The position numbers and the translations under genes were made by a program. From contig JBFMGU010000183.1 of NCBI GenBank assembly GCA_040752415.1, positions 1 through 21,666 on the forward strand: a DNA stretch of 21,666 bases, in the 5' to 3' direction. Each line of letters starts with the position of its first letter. The stretch's first letter is position 1. The stretch is from Myxococcota bacterium (GTDB taxonomy: Bacteria; Myxococcota; JACRCW01). The notes below the pieces were generated by a model. The model was given only the letters and a program-made list of their open reading frames with translations, did not search any database and was not told the DNA's origin. Of the stretch, positions 10,192-21,666 are shown piece after piece.

Positions 10192-11601
10192 GGGCGGCCT
10201 CCGCGGTGTGACGCTCATCCTCGCCGTGCTCGCCGTGCGGGTTGGCCGCGGGCATCACGGCCTTCACCTCGCCAATGGCAATCATGGGCAGGTAGCGGAC
10301 GAACAACAGGAACATGGTGAAGAACAGACCAAAGCTGCCCAGGAACATGCTGATGTCAATGATGGTGGGCTGGAAGTAGCCCCAGGAGCTCGGCAGGAAG
10401 TCACGGTGGAGGCTCGTGGAGATGATCACGAAACGCTCAAACCACATGCCAATGTTCACCGTGATGCTGATGACGAACATCACCGGGATGGACGTGCGCA
10501 TCTTCTTGAACCAGAAGAGCTGCGGGCCAATCACGTTGCAGCTGATCATCGTCCAGTACGCCCACGCGTACGGGCCAAAGGCGCGGTTGGTGAACGCGTA
10601 GACCTCGTAGTCATTGCCGGAATACCAGGCAATGAAGAACTCCATGCCGTACGCGTAGCCAACCATGGTGCCGGTGGCGAGGATGATCTTGTTCATGTTC
10701 TCCAGGTGCCGGATGGTCAGCAGGTCGTGCAGGCCGTAGGCCGCGCGCGCCACCACCATCAGCGTCACCACCATGGCAAACCCGGAGAAGATGGCGCCGG
10801 CGACGAAGTAGGGCGGGAAGATGGTGGTGTGCCAGCCCGGCAGCACGCTCACCGCGAAGTCAAAGGACACGATGGTGTGCACGCTGAGCACCAGCGGGGT
10901 GGAGAGACCCGCCAGCATCAGGTACGCGCGCTCGTAGTTGACCCAGTGACGGTGGCTGCCGCGCCAACCCAGCGCGAAGATGCCGTACACCATCTGGCGG
11001 AGCTTGGTGCTGGCGCGGTCACGCAGCGTGGCCAGGTCCGGCACCAGGCCCACGTACCAGAACAGGATGGACACCGTTCCGTAGGTGGAGACCGCGAACA
11101 CGTCCCACAGCAGCGGGCTGCGGAAGTTGGGCCACATGTTCATCTGGTTGGGCAACGGGAACATCCAGTACGCCAACCAGATACGACCCACGTGGAAGCC
11201 GGGGAACAAGAGCGCCGCGAACACGGCGAAGATGGTCATGGCTTCCGCGGCGCGGTTGATGGAGGTGCGCCACTTCTGCCGGAACAGGAAGAGGATGGCG
11301 CTGATGAGCGTGCCGGCGTGACCGATACCGATCCAGAACACGAAGCCGGTGATGTCCCACGCCCAGCCGACGGGATGGTTCAGACCCCACTCACCGATAC
11401 CGACGCCCACCAGGTCCGCCAGCGTGGCGCCCAGGATGCCCAGCACCGCCAGGCTGATCAGGAAGCCCAGGATCCAGGGCTTGGGCGTGGGGCGCTCGAC
11501 GATCTCCGAGACCGCGGTGGTGACGCCGTGGAAGTCCTTGCCCCCCAACACCAGCGGGGCGCGGACGGCGGGGTTCTCATCCTGGAGCGTTGTGTTGGTG
11601 C

Positions 11602-11605
<4 letters not shown>
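10178..11605 (-). CDS. actC: Alternative complex III quinol-oxidising subunit ActC (NrfD/PsrC family)
   Basis: [65 protein letters not shown]. Confidence 0.97.
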
Positions 11606-14648
<3,043 letters not shown>

Positions 14649-14652
<4 letters not shown>

Positions 14653-15308
14653 CGGTGGCACCCCGAGCAGTGCTTGGGAGGAGCGAGCTTGCGGCCCGTG
14701 TCGAGCTGCGTGGGCTCCGGGTTGGGCGGAACGTTGGTGGGCGGCTGCCAGGCCATGTTGGTGAGGTCGGCCTGCTTGCGCAGCACCGGCGCCGGGTCGC
14801 GGTGGCAATCCAGGCACCAGCCCATGGACAGCGGCTGCACCTGCGTCACACGCGGCATCTGGTCCACGCGCCCGTGACAGGTGCTGCACCCGACGCCAGC
14901 CGCAAGGTGCGCGCTGTGGTCGAAGTACGCGTAGTCCGGGACGTTGTGCACGCGCACCCACGGGATGGCGGTGTCATTGGCGTAGCTGTCGCGCACCATC
15001 TGGAGCCGCGGGCTGTCCGCGCGCACCTTGGCGTGGCAGTTCATGCACGTGGCGGTGGGAGGCACCGCGGCCATGTGCGCGCGCTCCACGGTGTTGTGGC
15101 AGTAGCGGCAGTCCATGCCCAGGTCCCCGGCGTGCAGCTTGTGGCTGAACTCAACGGGCTGGGCGGGCTGGTAGCCCACTTCCACGTGCTTGTTGGTGAA
15201 GTAGTAGGTGACACCCAGGATGGCCGTGGTGAGCCCCGGGCCAATGCCCAGGAAGAATACCGCCGGCAGCACCCTGTTGGACCACTTTGGAAAGAGGTAG
15301 CGCTGCAT
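14649..15308 (-). CDS. actA: Alternative complex III pentaheme cytochrome c ActA (219 aa)
   Basis: N-terminal TM helix, QPVEFSHKLHAG, five CxxCH motifs (CRYCH, CMNCH, CSTCH, CLDCH, CSGCH), LSMGWC; ATG 15308 with GGGAG upstream. Confidence 0.96.
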
Positions 15309-15427
15309 GCCACGCTCCCGCGGTCTCCTCGATGAAACCGCGATGACGGTGAAGACCGCGTTCTTTTTGGCGCGCGCTATCTGCCCTGTGCTCCCACCCT
15401 CCGACAAGTGACAGACCGCCGCCAAGG

Positions 15428-15444
15428 TGCGGCAACCTGCCGCA
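15428..15444. promoter_or_regulatory. Palindromic operator resembling a RegA/PrrA/ActR box upstream of the act-cox operon
   Basis: TGCGGCA-ACC-TGCCGCA is a perfect 7-bp dyad (GCGGC-N5-GCCGC) ~120 nt upstream of actA. Confidence 0.55.
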
Positions 15445-15643
15445 GGTTCAACCTGGTGGTGATCTTCGTCGGGGAATGGTGGGTTGGCGCAGGTTCTGCG
15501 GGGAGCAGAATGCCGCGCTCCGTTTGAGAGCGCAGCTGCTGCGGGGATCCGCCGGGATCACGCGCGAGCGCGGGCTGGGACGCACGGGGATCGTCGGTCC
15601 GTGGGCGGGCGGCACGACGACACCACGCCGTTGGCGGGTGAGT

Positions 15644-15892
15644 ATGACTGCCAGGATGACCCAGGCCATGGAACGGGTGACAGCGACCTTCGACAGGGAG
15701 ACCCTCGACGCCATCAAGGAGGTCGCGGGTCCGCGCGGGCGCTCGGCCTTCCTGCAGGCGGCCGCCAAGGAGCACCTGGCCCGGACACGCCTGCTGCGCG
15801 TGCTCGACGAGCTTGACGCGGAGTGCGGAAAGGCGAGCCCGGCGGTCGAGGCGCGGGTGAAGGCGACGGCGCGACGCGTGTTCCGCCCATGA
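15644..15892 (+). CDS. Small ribbon-helix-helix (CopG/VapB-like) protein, probable type II antitoxin (74-82 aa depending on start)
   Basis: MERVTATFDRETLDAIKEVAGPRGRSAFLQAAAKEHL fits the strand-helix-turn-helix RHH pattern, and the codons are GC3-rich. Possible starts are ATG 15644, 15656 and 15668. Confidence 0.75.
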   Translation: MTARMTQAMERVTATFDRETLDAIKEVAGPRGRSAFLQAAAKEHLARTRLLRVLDELDAECGKASPAVEARVKATARRVFRP

Positions 15893-15944
15893 GCCGGCGA
15901 AGACGGCGCGAAATCCAACCCCGGCCGCCACGGTGTAGCCATGA

Positions 15945-16040
15945 AGGCCGGACGCCGCGATCCAGCGGCACCAGGGCAAGCGCCGCAACGGCTCCACCTT
16001 CCAGAGCCACGCCCACCCCACCTGCGCCACCTGTCATTGA
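15945..16040 (+). pseudogene. Start-less 3' gene fragment ending in CxxCH (possible c-type cytochrome remnant)
   Basis: Frame reads RPDAAIQRHQGKRRNGSTFQSHAHPTCATCH-stop. 27 of 29 codons in 15951-16037 end in G/C. In-frame stops at 15936 and 15942, no start codon. Confidence 0.45.
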
Positions 16041-16340
16041 CGTGGGGAGCGACGAGACGCGGTCCGACCGTGTCCGCTGGATAGCCGGGACATATGGAGG
16101 ACGTAGCACCGCCATCGCCGTCCCTGGAGCGCTGCCTCGGGGATCGCCCGGTGCTGAACCCTCCCTCTCCCCGGTGGCACACCCGGGCAACTGCGGCGGA
16201 GCGCGCAAGCTTTGCGCCGCCGTTGCGGCAGGTCCTCGCGGGCGACGCGCTTCCCGTAGGCTCCCGAATGGCGGTGGCAGGGGTGACAAGTCTTTCGTTT
16301 GAGTGCGGCTCTCATCCTGACGCCTCTTCCCGCGCTCCCT

Positions 16341-16412
16341 GCCAATGAGATTGGCAGGCAACAAAGAAGCTCAAGTCCTGCTCTCCTCTCGGCGGCGGTG
16401 CCGCGTCGCAGG
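16341..16412 (+). repeat. 72-bp dyad module, left MITE arm
   Basis: GCCAATGAgATTGGC-aGGC-AACAAAGAAGC-TCAAGTCCTGCTC-22 nt-TCGCAGG. Confidence 0.88.
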
Positions 16413-16476
16413 ACTAACCGTGAATGGGACGCGCGGGCAAAAGCGACGAACGAGGACAAGGCCCTTCACTGGCAGT

Positions 16477-16549
16477 CCTGCGAAACGCGTCCATCGGCCA
16501 GGTGGTGAGCAGGACTTGACCCTTCCTGCTGCCGGCCAATTTCATTGGC
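16477..16549 (-). repeat. 73-bp dyad module, right MITE arm
   Basis: Reverse complement: GCCAATGAaATTGGC-cGGC-AGCAGGAAGGG-TCAAGTCCTGCTC-23 nt-TCGCAGG. Confidence 0.88.
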
Positions 16550-17076
16550 AGGGACTTCAGAGCGTCATCCCGAGGGAGCCGCACCGCGCTACTGGAGGGC
16601 CTCGTCGGGCGAGGCGTCAGGATGAGAGCCGCACCCTTTCGTTTGTGCGCGGTTACCTTCGCCAACGCCCGTAGTGCACACTAAATCCCTTCACGGCCCT
16701 TTCTGGACTCCAAGTGCGACGGACACGACCTCTCAGGATTCGACAAGGCTGTTGAGCACGCCGCATTCCACGCTGGCCGACGCCTGGCGAAGTCCCACGG
16801 GAGAACCCTGGTGTCGCGGACCATCATGGGGCTCAGGCAATCCGGTCCCAACCGGCCGGGACACGAACGTGGTGATATGTCGATGCGATTTCCGTTGTAA
16901 GGCCACGCGATGCTGCTGCGCGGGCGGAAGGTGAAGTTCATCAGACGGATTGGCCAGTTACCCGGGCACCCTTCCTGTGGCCCGTGTCGTCGGCACGAAA
17001 GGGGTGGCCGGGACGGAATGCGCCTCGAGACTCGTGCGTTGCCCTCCGCGCGCTAAAGCGGCCCGTGGAGGCTGGC

Positions 17077-19878
17077 ATGCCGAGTGCTGATTTCCCGCCT
17101 TCGGGCATGCGGCGCGCCGGCGGCTTGCTGTTTGTCGTTGCCTGTGTCGTTGCCATCGTCATGTTGATCGGCTGGACGTTCAACATAGACAAGTTTAGGC
17201 GCATTCGTCCTGGCTTGGTCAGCATGAAGGCGAACACCGCAGCGTGCGTCCTGCTTGTGGGCGTTGCCCTGTGTGTCAGGAGAAGGGCCGCGGAGAGCTC
17301 GCGATTGCAGGGCGTGGCCGCGGCATTGGGTGGGGCGGCGTTGATCATCGCGTGCCTGGGCGCCGCGGAATACGCGACGGGCGTCGACCTCGGCATAGAC
17401 CAGGTGCTTGCATGGGACCCTGGCGACGGAGGGACCTCCTCGGCGGGGCGCATGTCGCCCATCACGGCCCTCAACATTGCCCTGCTTGGTGTTGCGGCGT
17501 TGGGCTGGAATCGACGCCTTCGAGGCGTGGCCGTCCAGGACTGGTTCGCGGTGGCCGTGATGGCCAATCTGTTGGCGCCCGCCGCTGGCTACCTCTACGA
17601 AGCACGGACGCTCTACCAGGCAAGCGCTGCCACAGCCATTGCCCCCCACACCATCGGAGTGCTCCTCCTGCTCGCCGTGGGCATCCTGCTCCAGGGCGGC
17701 GCGGGCAGCCTCCTGGCAGCCGTGATGGCGGACACCGTCACGGGCCTGATGTTGCGTCAGTTCATCCCGCTGGTGGCGCTGCTTCCCGTCGCGCTGGGCT
17801 ACGCGCGCCTGGCCGCGCAACGAGCTGGCCTGTTTGGCCTGGAGGTGGGCCTCGCCCTCTACGCCACGACCAACGTGCTGTGCCTTACCGCGTTCGTCGC
17901 CATTGCTTCGGTGCGCATGAGCCGACTCGAGAGAGCAAGGGAGGCGAGCGCCCGCGAAGCTTCCCGACGGCAGGAGGAACTGGCCACCACGCTGAACTCC
18001 ATCGGCGACGCAGTCATCTGCACGGACCCGGGCGGCCGCATTGTCCGCATGAACCCCGTGGCGGAGCTCCTCACGGGATGGCGCCTGCCAGATGCGCTGG
18101 GACGCCTCCTGCCTGAGGTCTTCCACATCGTGGACCACGGCTCGCGCGAACTCTGCCCGAGTCCGGTCGACCGCGTCCTGCAGCATGACGAGATGGTGGA
18201 GCTGACCGCCCACACGGACCTGGTTGCACGAGATGACGTGCAGCGCCCGATTGCCGCCAGCGCCGCACCCATCCGCCACGACGGTCAGCTCATGGGCGTG
18301 GTGGTGGTCTTCCGGGACGTATCCGAGCGCGAGCGCGCGGAACGACACGCGGAAGACCAGGCCCGGTTGTTGCGGTCCGTGATCGAGAGCATTGGTGATG
18401 GCGTCGCCGTCGTCGACGAGACGGGGAAGGTGCTGGTGTGGAATCCCGCGGCGGAATCCATGATGCATCTTGGCGCCTCAGACACCGCACCGTCCCACTG
18501 GTCGGCGCACCACGGGTTGTTTCTCCCGGATGGCAAGACGCTGTACCCCGAGGACCAGCTCCCGCTCGTTCGCGCCATGCGCGGCGAATACTGCGACCGC
18601 GTGGAAGTCTTTGTCCGCAACGCAGCGCGCCCGGACGGCATGTTCCTCAGCGTCACCGCACGGCCCCTGCTGCGCGGCCACCGCCCCTCCGGCGGCGTGG
18701 CGGTGTTTCGCGACGTCACCGACGAGCGTGCGCGCAACAGCCAGCTCATCGAGAGTGAGCGCCTTGCCTCGGTGGGAACACTTGCGGCGGGCGTCGCGCA
18801 TGAAATCAACAACCCCTTGTCAGCCGTCATCGCCAATCTCGACATCGGGATCGAGGACCTGCAACGGGCCGAACGAACCGGAAACCATGCGCAGGCGTGG
18901 CCGACGGTCATGGGGGCCCTGGGCGACGCCAAGGAGTGTGCGGACCGCATCCGGTTCATCGTCCGGGACTTGCGCGTGTTCTCCCGCGCCGACGAGGACC
19001 TTAGACAACCCATAGACGTTCACCGGGTCCTCGACTCCTGCACCCGCATGGCATGGAACGAGGTGCGCCACCGCGCCCGCCTGGAGAAGGAATACCGCGC
19101 AGCCATCCCGACGGTTCACGCGAACGAAGCTCGGCTTGGCCAGGTCTTCCTCAATCTCCTGGTGAATGCCGCCCAGGCCATTCCCGAGGGCCACGCCGAC
19201 GAGCACTGCATCTGGGTGCGCACCTCAAACCCCAACGACAGCGCCTGTTCCGTGGAGATCGAAGACACCGGGGGCGGCATCCCCGCCGAAGTCATGGAGC
19301 GCCTGTTCACCCCCTTTGTGACCACCAAGCCAGCCGCCGTCGGGACGGGACTGGGCCTCTCGATCTGCCACCGCATCGTCCAATCCCTGGGCGGGCTGAT
19401 CTGGGCGGAGAACGTGGGTCGCGGGACGCGCTTCACGGTGCTGCTGCCGATGTCCCAGAAGCACCATGAGGCAGCCACCGTCGAAACAACCGTCAGGCAA
19501 GCCAGCAGCCGGGGCGCCGTCCTGGTGGTGGACGACGAGCGCGTGGTTGGGCAGACCATCAAGCGCGGCCTGACCGAACACGACGTCACCACCGTGACCA
19601 GCGGCGCGGACGCGTTGTCCCTGTTCCGCGAGGGCAGGAAGTACGACGTCGTCTTCTGCGACCTGATGATGCCGAACATGACCTGCGCGCAGTTCCACAC
19701 CGAGCTGGCCAAGGTTTCGCCGGAACACCTGCAGCGCATCGTGTTCCTGACGGGAGGAGCCTTCACTCCCGCCGCGCGCCTGTTCCTGGACAACGCGCGG
19801 ACCGAGACCATCGACAAGCCGTTCGACATCAACCAGCTGCGGGACCTCGTCGCCAGGCGAGTGGGCGCGGGCGTGTGA
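17077..19878 (+). CDS. Membrane-bound hybrid sensor histidine kinase (multi-TM sensor, 2 PAS, HisKA, HATPase_c, receiver; ~933 aa)
   Basis: About 7-8 hydrophobic segments; two SIGD(A/G)V...NP.AE PAS starts; H-box GVAHEINNPL; N-box QVFLNLLVNAAQA; DTGGG, FTPFVTTK, GTGLGL; receiver VLVVDDE...CDLMMP...KP. ATG 17077 with GGAGG at 17067-17071. Confidence 0.95.
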   Translation: MPSADFPPSGMRRAGGLLFVVACVVAIVMLIGWTFNIDKFRRIRPGLVSMKANTAACVLLVGVALCVRRRAAESSRLQGVAAALGGAALIIACLGAAEYATGVDLGIDQVLAWDPGDGGTSSAGRMSPITALNIALLGVAALGWNRRLRGVAVQDWFAVAVMANLLAPAAGYLYEARTLYQASAATAIAPHTIGVLLLLAVGILLQGGAGSLLAAVMADTVTGLMLRQFIPLVALLPVALGYARLAAQRAGLFGLEVGLALYATTNVLCLTAFVAIASVRMSRLERAREASAREASRRQEELATTLNSIGDAVICTDPGGRIVRMNPVAELLTGWRLPDALGRLLPEVFHIVDHGSRELCPSPVDRVLQHDEMVELTAHTDLVARDDVQRPIAASAAPIRHDGQLMGVVVVFRDVSERERAERHAEDQARLLRSVIESIGDGVAVVDETGKVLVWNPAAESMMHLGASDTAPSHWSAHHGLFLPDGKTLYPEDQLPLVRAMRGEYCDRVEVFVRNAARPDGMFLSVTARPLLRGHRPSGGVAVFRDVTDERARNSQLIESERLASVGTLAAGVAHEINNPLSAVIANLDIGIEDLQRAERTGNHAQAWPTVMGALGDAKECADRIRFIVRDLRVFSRADEDLRQPIDVHRVLDSCTRMAWNEVRHRARLEKEYRAAIPTVHANEARLGQVFLNLLVNAAQAIPEGHADEHCIWVRTSNPNDSACSVEIEDTGGGIPAEVMERLFTPFVTTKPAAVGTGLGLSICHRIVQSLGGLIWAENVGRGTRFTVLLPMSQKHHEAATVETTVRQASSRGAVLVVDDERVVGQTIKRGLTEHDVTTVTSGADALSLFREGRKYDVVFCDLMMPNMTCAQFHTELAKVSPEHLQRIVFLTGGAFTPAARLFLDNARTETIDKPFDINQLRDLVARRVGAGV

Positions 19879-19955
19879 GCCGCCTGGCCCGGGCGAAAAC
19901 CCGCCCCGAGGTCTCCGCATCCAACCCGGCCGCCACCTGCCCCTGACGTCGGGAT

Positions 19956-21209
19956 TCACACCGCGGCGCGCAGCTCCAACGTGGGCGCCTGCCCGGGCGT
20001 CCCCAGTGACACCGCCTCGATCATGCGCACCGCGTGCTGCACGCCCTCACGCGACATCTCCCGGGCAAATGCTCGCGCCCTGGTGGCATGGTCGGCGGAG
20101 GAAAACGCCTTGAAGGCTTCCGCCAGTCGCGGCGCGTTGAGCTTCTTGCGCGGGATGGCGCGCGGTCCGAGCCCCAGGTGATGGACGCGTCGACCGTGGA
20201 AGAACTGGTCCACCTCATGCGGGACCACCAGCTGCGGAACGCCGGACAACGCTGACGAGGTGGTGGTGCCCGCCCCGCCGTGGTGCACCACGCCCAGGCA
20301 ACGCGGAAACAACTTGCGGTGCGGCACCGCGCCCACCACACGCACGCTCGCCGGCAGCTCCACGCTCCCCAGCCCCGCCCATCCCGACGACAGCAGCACG
20401 CGCACCCCCGCGCGACCCGCGGCTTCCACGATCATCGCGGTGGTCTTCTCCGGCGCGCGGTCCGGCATGCTGCCAAAGCCCACGTAGACGGGAGGCGCGC
20501 CAGCGTCGAGGAAGGACTGCACGTCCGCGGGAATCTCGTCACGTTCCTCCAGGAGCCAGGGTCCCATCTGTTGGATGCCGGCGCGCGCATCCCTCGCCAG
20601 CCGGGCCAGGGCGGCATCAAAGGGCAGGAGCACGTGGGGCCCCAGCATCTCCGTGAGCACGGGCGGGAAGGGGCGCAATCCCCGACGGATACGCTCCGCG
20701 TTCACGACGGGAAGGACGGAGAAGCGCGTGGCCACGTCGGCCAACCACCAGGTCAAGCGGTTCAGCCAGCCGGGCAGGCCGTACACGGGAATCAGCGGGA
20801 ACGGGTGCTCCGCGGATGGCAGCACGCACGGGGAGAACAACACGCTGAAGTGCGGCTTCCCCAGGCGCTCGCACAACGTCACGGACGCATACTCCAGCGA
20901 CGCGTTCACCACGACGTCGACGTCCGCCATCAAGGGCTCCATGGCGGCGAACTGTCGCGGCACCTCCTCGCTCAACACGCGGAAGGCGCGCACGGCGCCG
21001 GAGGTGAGCTCCTTCACCAGCGACGCGTAGTCCCGTCCCGCCGGATGGAACACGTACCCGTGGGACTCCACCCAGGACCGGTAGTCGGGCGGGGCGCAGA
21101 AACGCACGCGGTGCCCGGCCGCGGTCAGTCCCTGCGCCAGCGCCAGCATGGGCTGCACGTCGCCACGGGTGCCGAACGGAGCCAGGAGCACGCGCAGTGG
21201 TTTCACCAT
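19956..21209 (-). CDS. GT-B fold family 1 glycosyltransferase (GtfB/sterol-glucosyltransferase-like; 417 aa)
   Basis: GTRGDVQP, PVYVGFGSM, VPHRKLFP, HHGGAGTT, DQFF; start set to ATG 21209 (MVKPLRVLL). Confidence 0.92.
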   Translation of the reverse strand: MVKPLRVLLAPFGTRGDVQPMLALAQGLTAAGHRVRFCAPPDYRSWVESHGYVFHPAGRDYASLVKELTSGAVRAFRVLSEEVPRQFAAMEPLMADVDVVVNASLEYASVTLCERLGKPHFSVLFSPCVLPSAEHPFPLIPVYGLPGWLNRLTWWLADVATRFSVLPVVNAERIRRGLRPFPPVLTEMLGPHVLLPFDAALARLARDARAGIQQMGPWLLEERDEIPADVQSFLDAGAPPVYVGFGSMPDRAPEKTTAMIVEAAGRAGVRVLLSSGWAGLGSVELPASVRVVGAVPHRKLFPRCLGVVHHGGAGTTTSSALSGVPQLVVPHEVDQFFHGRRVHHLGLGPRAIPRKKLNAPRLAEAFKAFSSADHATRARAFAREMSREGVQHAVRMIEAVSLGTPGQAPTLELRAAV

Positions 21210-21408
21210 GTGTCTTCCCCCCATGCACCGCTGGCAACGTACGAATTGCGTGCCGCGGCTCGCCGTGCGCGCAGCATAGTCCAGGTGATTGGCAATCCCT
21301 CCCGGAATTCTCCGAGATGGCTGACCGGGTTCCCTGCAACGCCCGCGCACCCTGCGCGTTGACGGAAGATGGGCCCGCCTCCCGGGCTGTCGGACCGTCC
21401 GCGCCGCC

Positions 21409-21666
21409 GTGCATCACCACGAGCGCCCTCCGCACCACTCCCGCGTCGCCCGCTGGGCGCTGGCGCTGCTCGTTTCCCTTGTCCTGCACGCGTGGCTCAT
21501 GCGTCCGTTGCCCCGCGCTGAACGACCTCCGGCGCCAGCCTCACGGGTTGCGGTGGAGCTGCGCTGGACGCGGCCTCCCCCGCCCACCCCGCCGCCGGAA
21601 CCGCCGCCGCCGCGGCCACGTGCGCCAGCCCGGAAGCGCCCGCCCGTCGTCACGGCAACGCCGCCG
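21409..21666 (+). CDS. 5' part of a TonB/TolA-like protein (runs off the window)
   Basis: Not in the ORF track. The frame from GTG 21409 reads ...RWALALLVSLVLHAWL (TM helix with SxxxH), then a Pro-rich segment PPPPTPPPEPPPPRP. Start uncertain. Confidence 0.62.
   Translation, partial: MHHHERPPHHSRVARWALALLVSLVLHAWLMRPLPRAERPPAPASRVAVELRWTRPPPPTPPPEPPPPRPRAPARKRPPVVTATPP

Larger units (their letters stand above)
16301..16636. mobile_element. 336-bp non-autonomous inverted-repeat element (MITE)
   Basis: 26-bp TIRs G(A/G)GTGCGGCTCTCATCCTGACGCCTC at 16301-16326 and 16611-16636 (inner 24 bp perfect). Flanked by the direct repeat TTTCGTTT at 16293-16300 and 16637-16644. No transposase. Confidence 0.88.

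Noticed and set aside
16301..16636. Possible CRISPR array, integron attC, 6S RNA or SRP RNA
   Set aside because: There is no direct repeat-spacer periodicity, no attC core ends, and no SRP or 6S hallmark that I can recognise. TIRs plus a target duplication explain it better as a MITE.
16681..16965. Minus-strand stretch with patches of GC3-rich codons (LMNFTFRPRSSIAWPYNGNRID...)
   Set aside because: It may be a decayed gene, but the coding signal switches frames and no family is recognisable. BLASTx would be needed.

Overview
High-GC bacterial DNA; the gene content suggests Myxococcota or a related lineage (inference). The core of the window is a ~13-kb minus-strand respiratory operon (15308->2344), with most genes overlapping or nearly abutting. 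It encodes alternative complex III (actABCDEF), an ActG-like protein fused to a cytochrome c domain, a Sco/SenC copper chaperone and an A2-type caa3-like cytochrome c oxidase (subunits II, I, III, IV). To its left is a convergent, stand-alone PilB/GspE-family ATPase with an MshEN-like N-terminus. To its right is an accessory patch: an RHH antitoxin-like gene with no recognisable toxin, a gene fragment ending in CxxCH, and a 336-bp fold-back MITE with TIRs and a target-site duplication. A membrane PAS-PAS hybrid histidine kinase, a GT1 glycosyltransferase and a truncated TonB-like gene follow. The three most notable observations are: (i) a 72-73-bp dyad-rich DNA module in three copies (both MITE arms and a solo copy 16 kb away); (ii) the cytochrome c domain on the ActG-like protein, which is an ungapped ~67%-identical paralogue of the CoxB cytochrome c domain; (iii) a RegA/PrrA-type palindrome upstream of actA. 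All calls come from manual motif reading; no searches were run.
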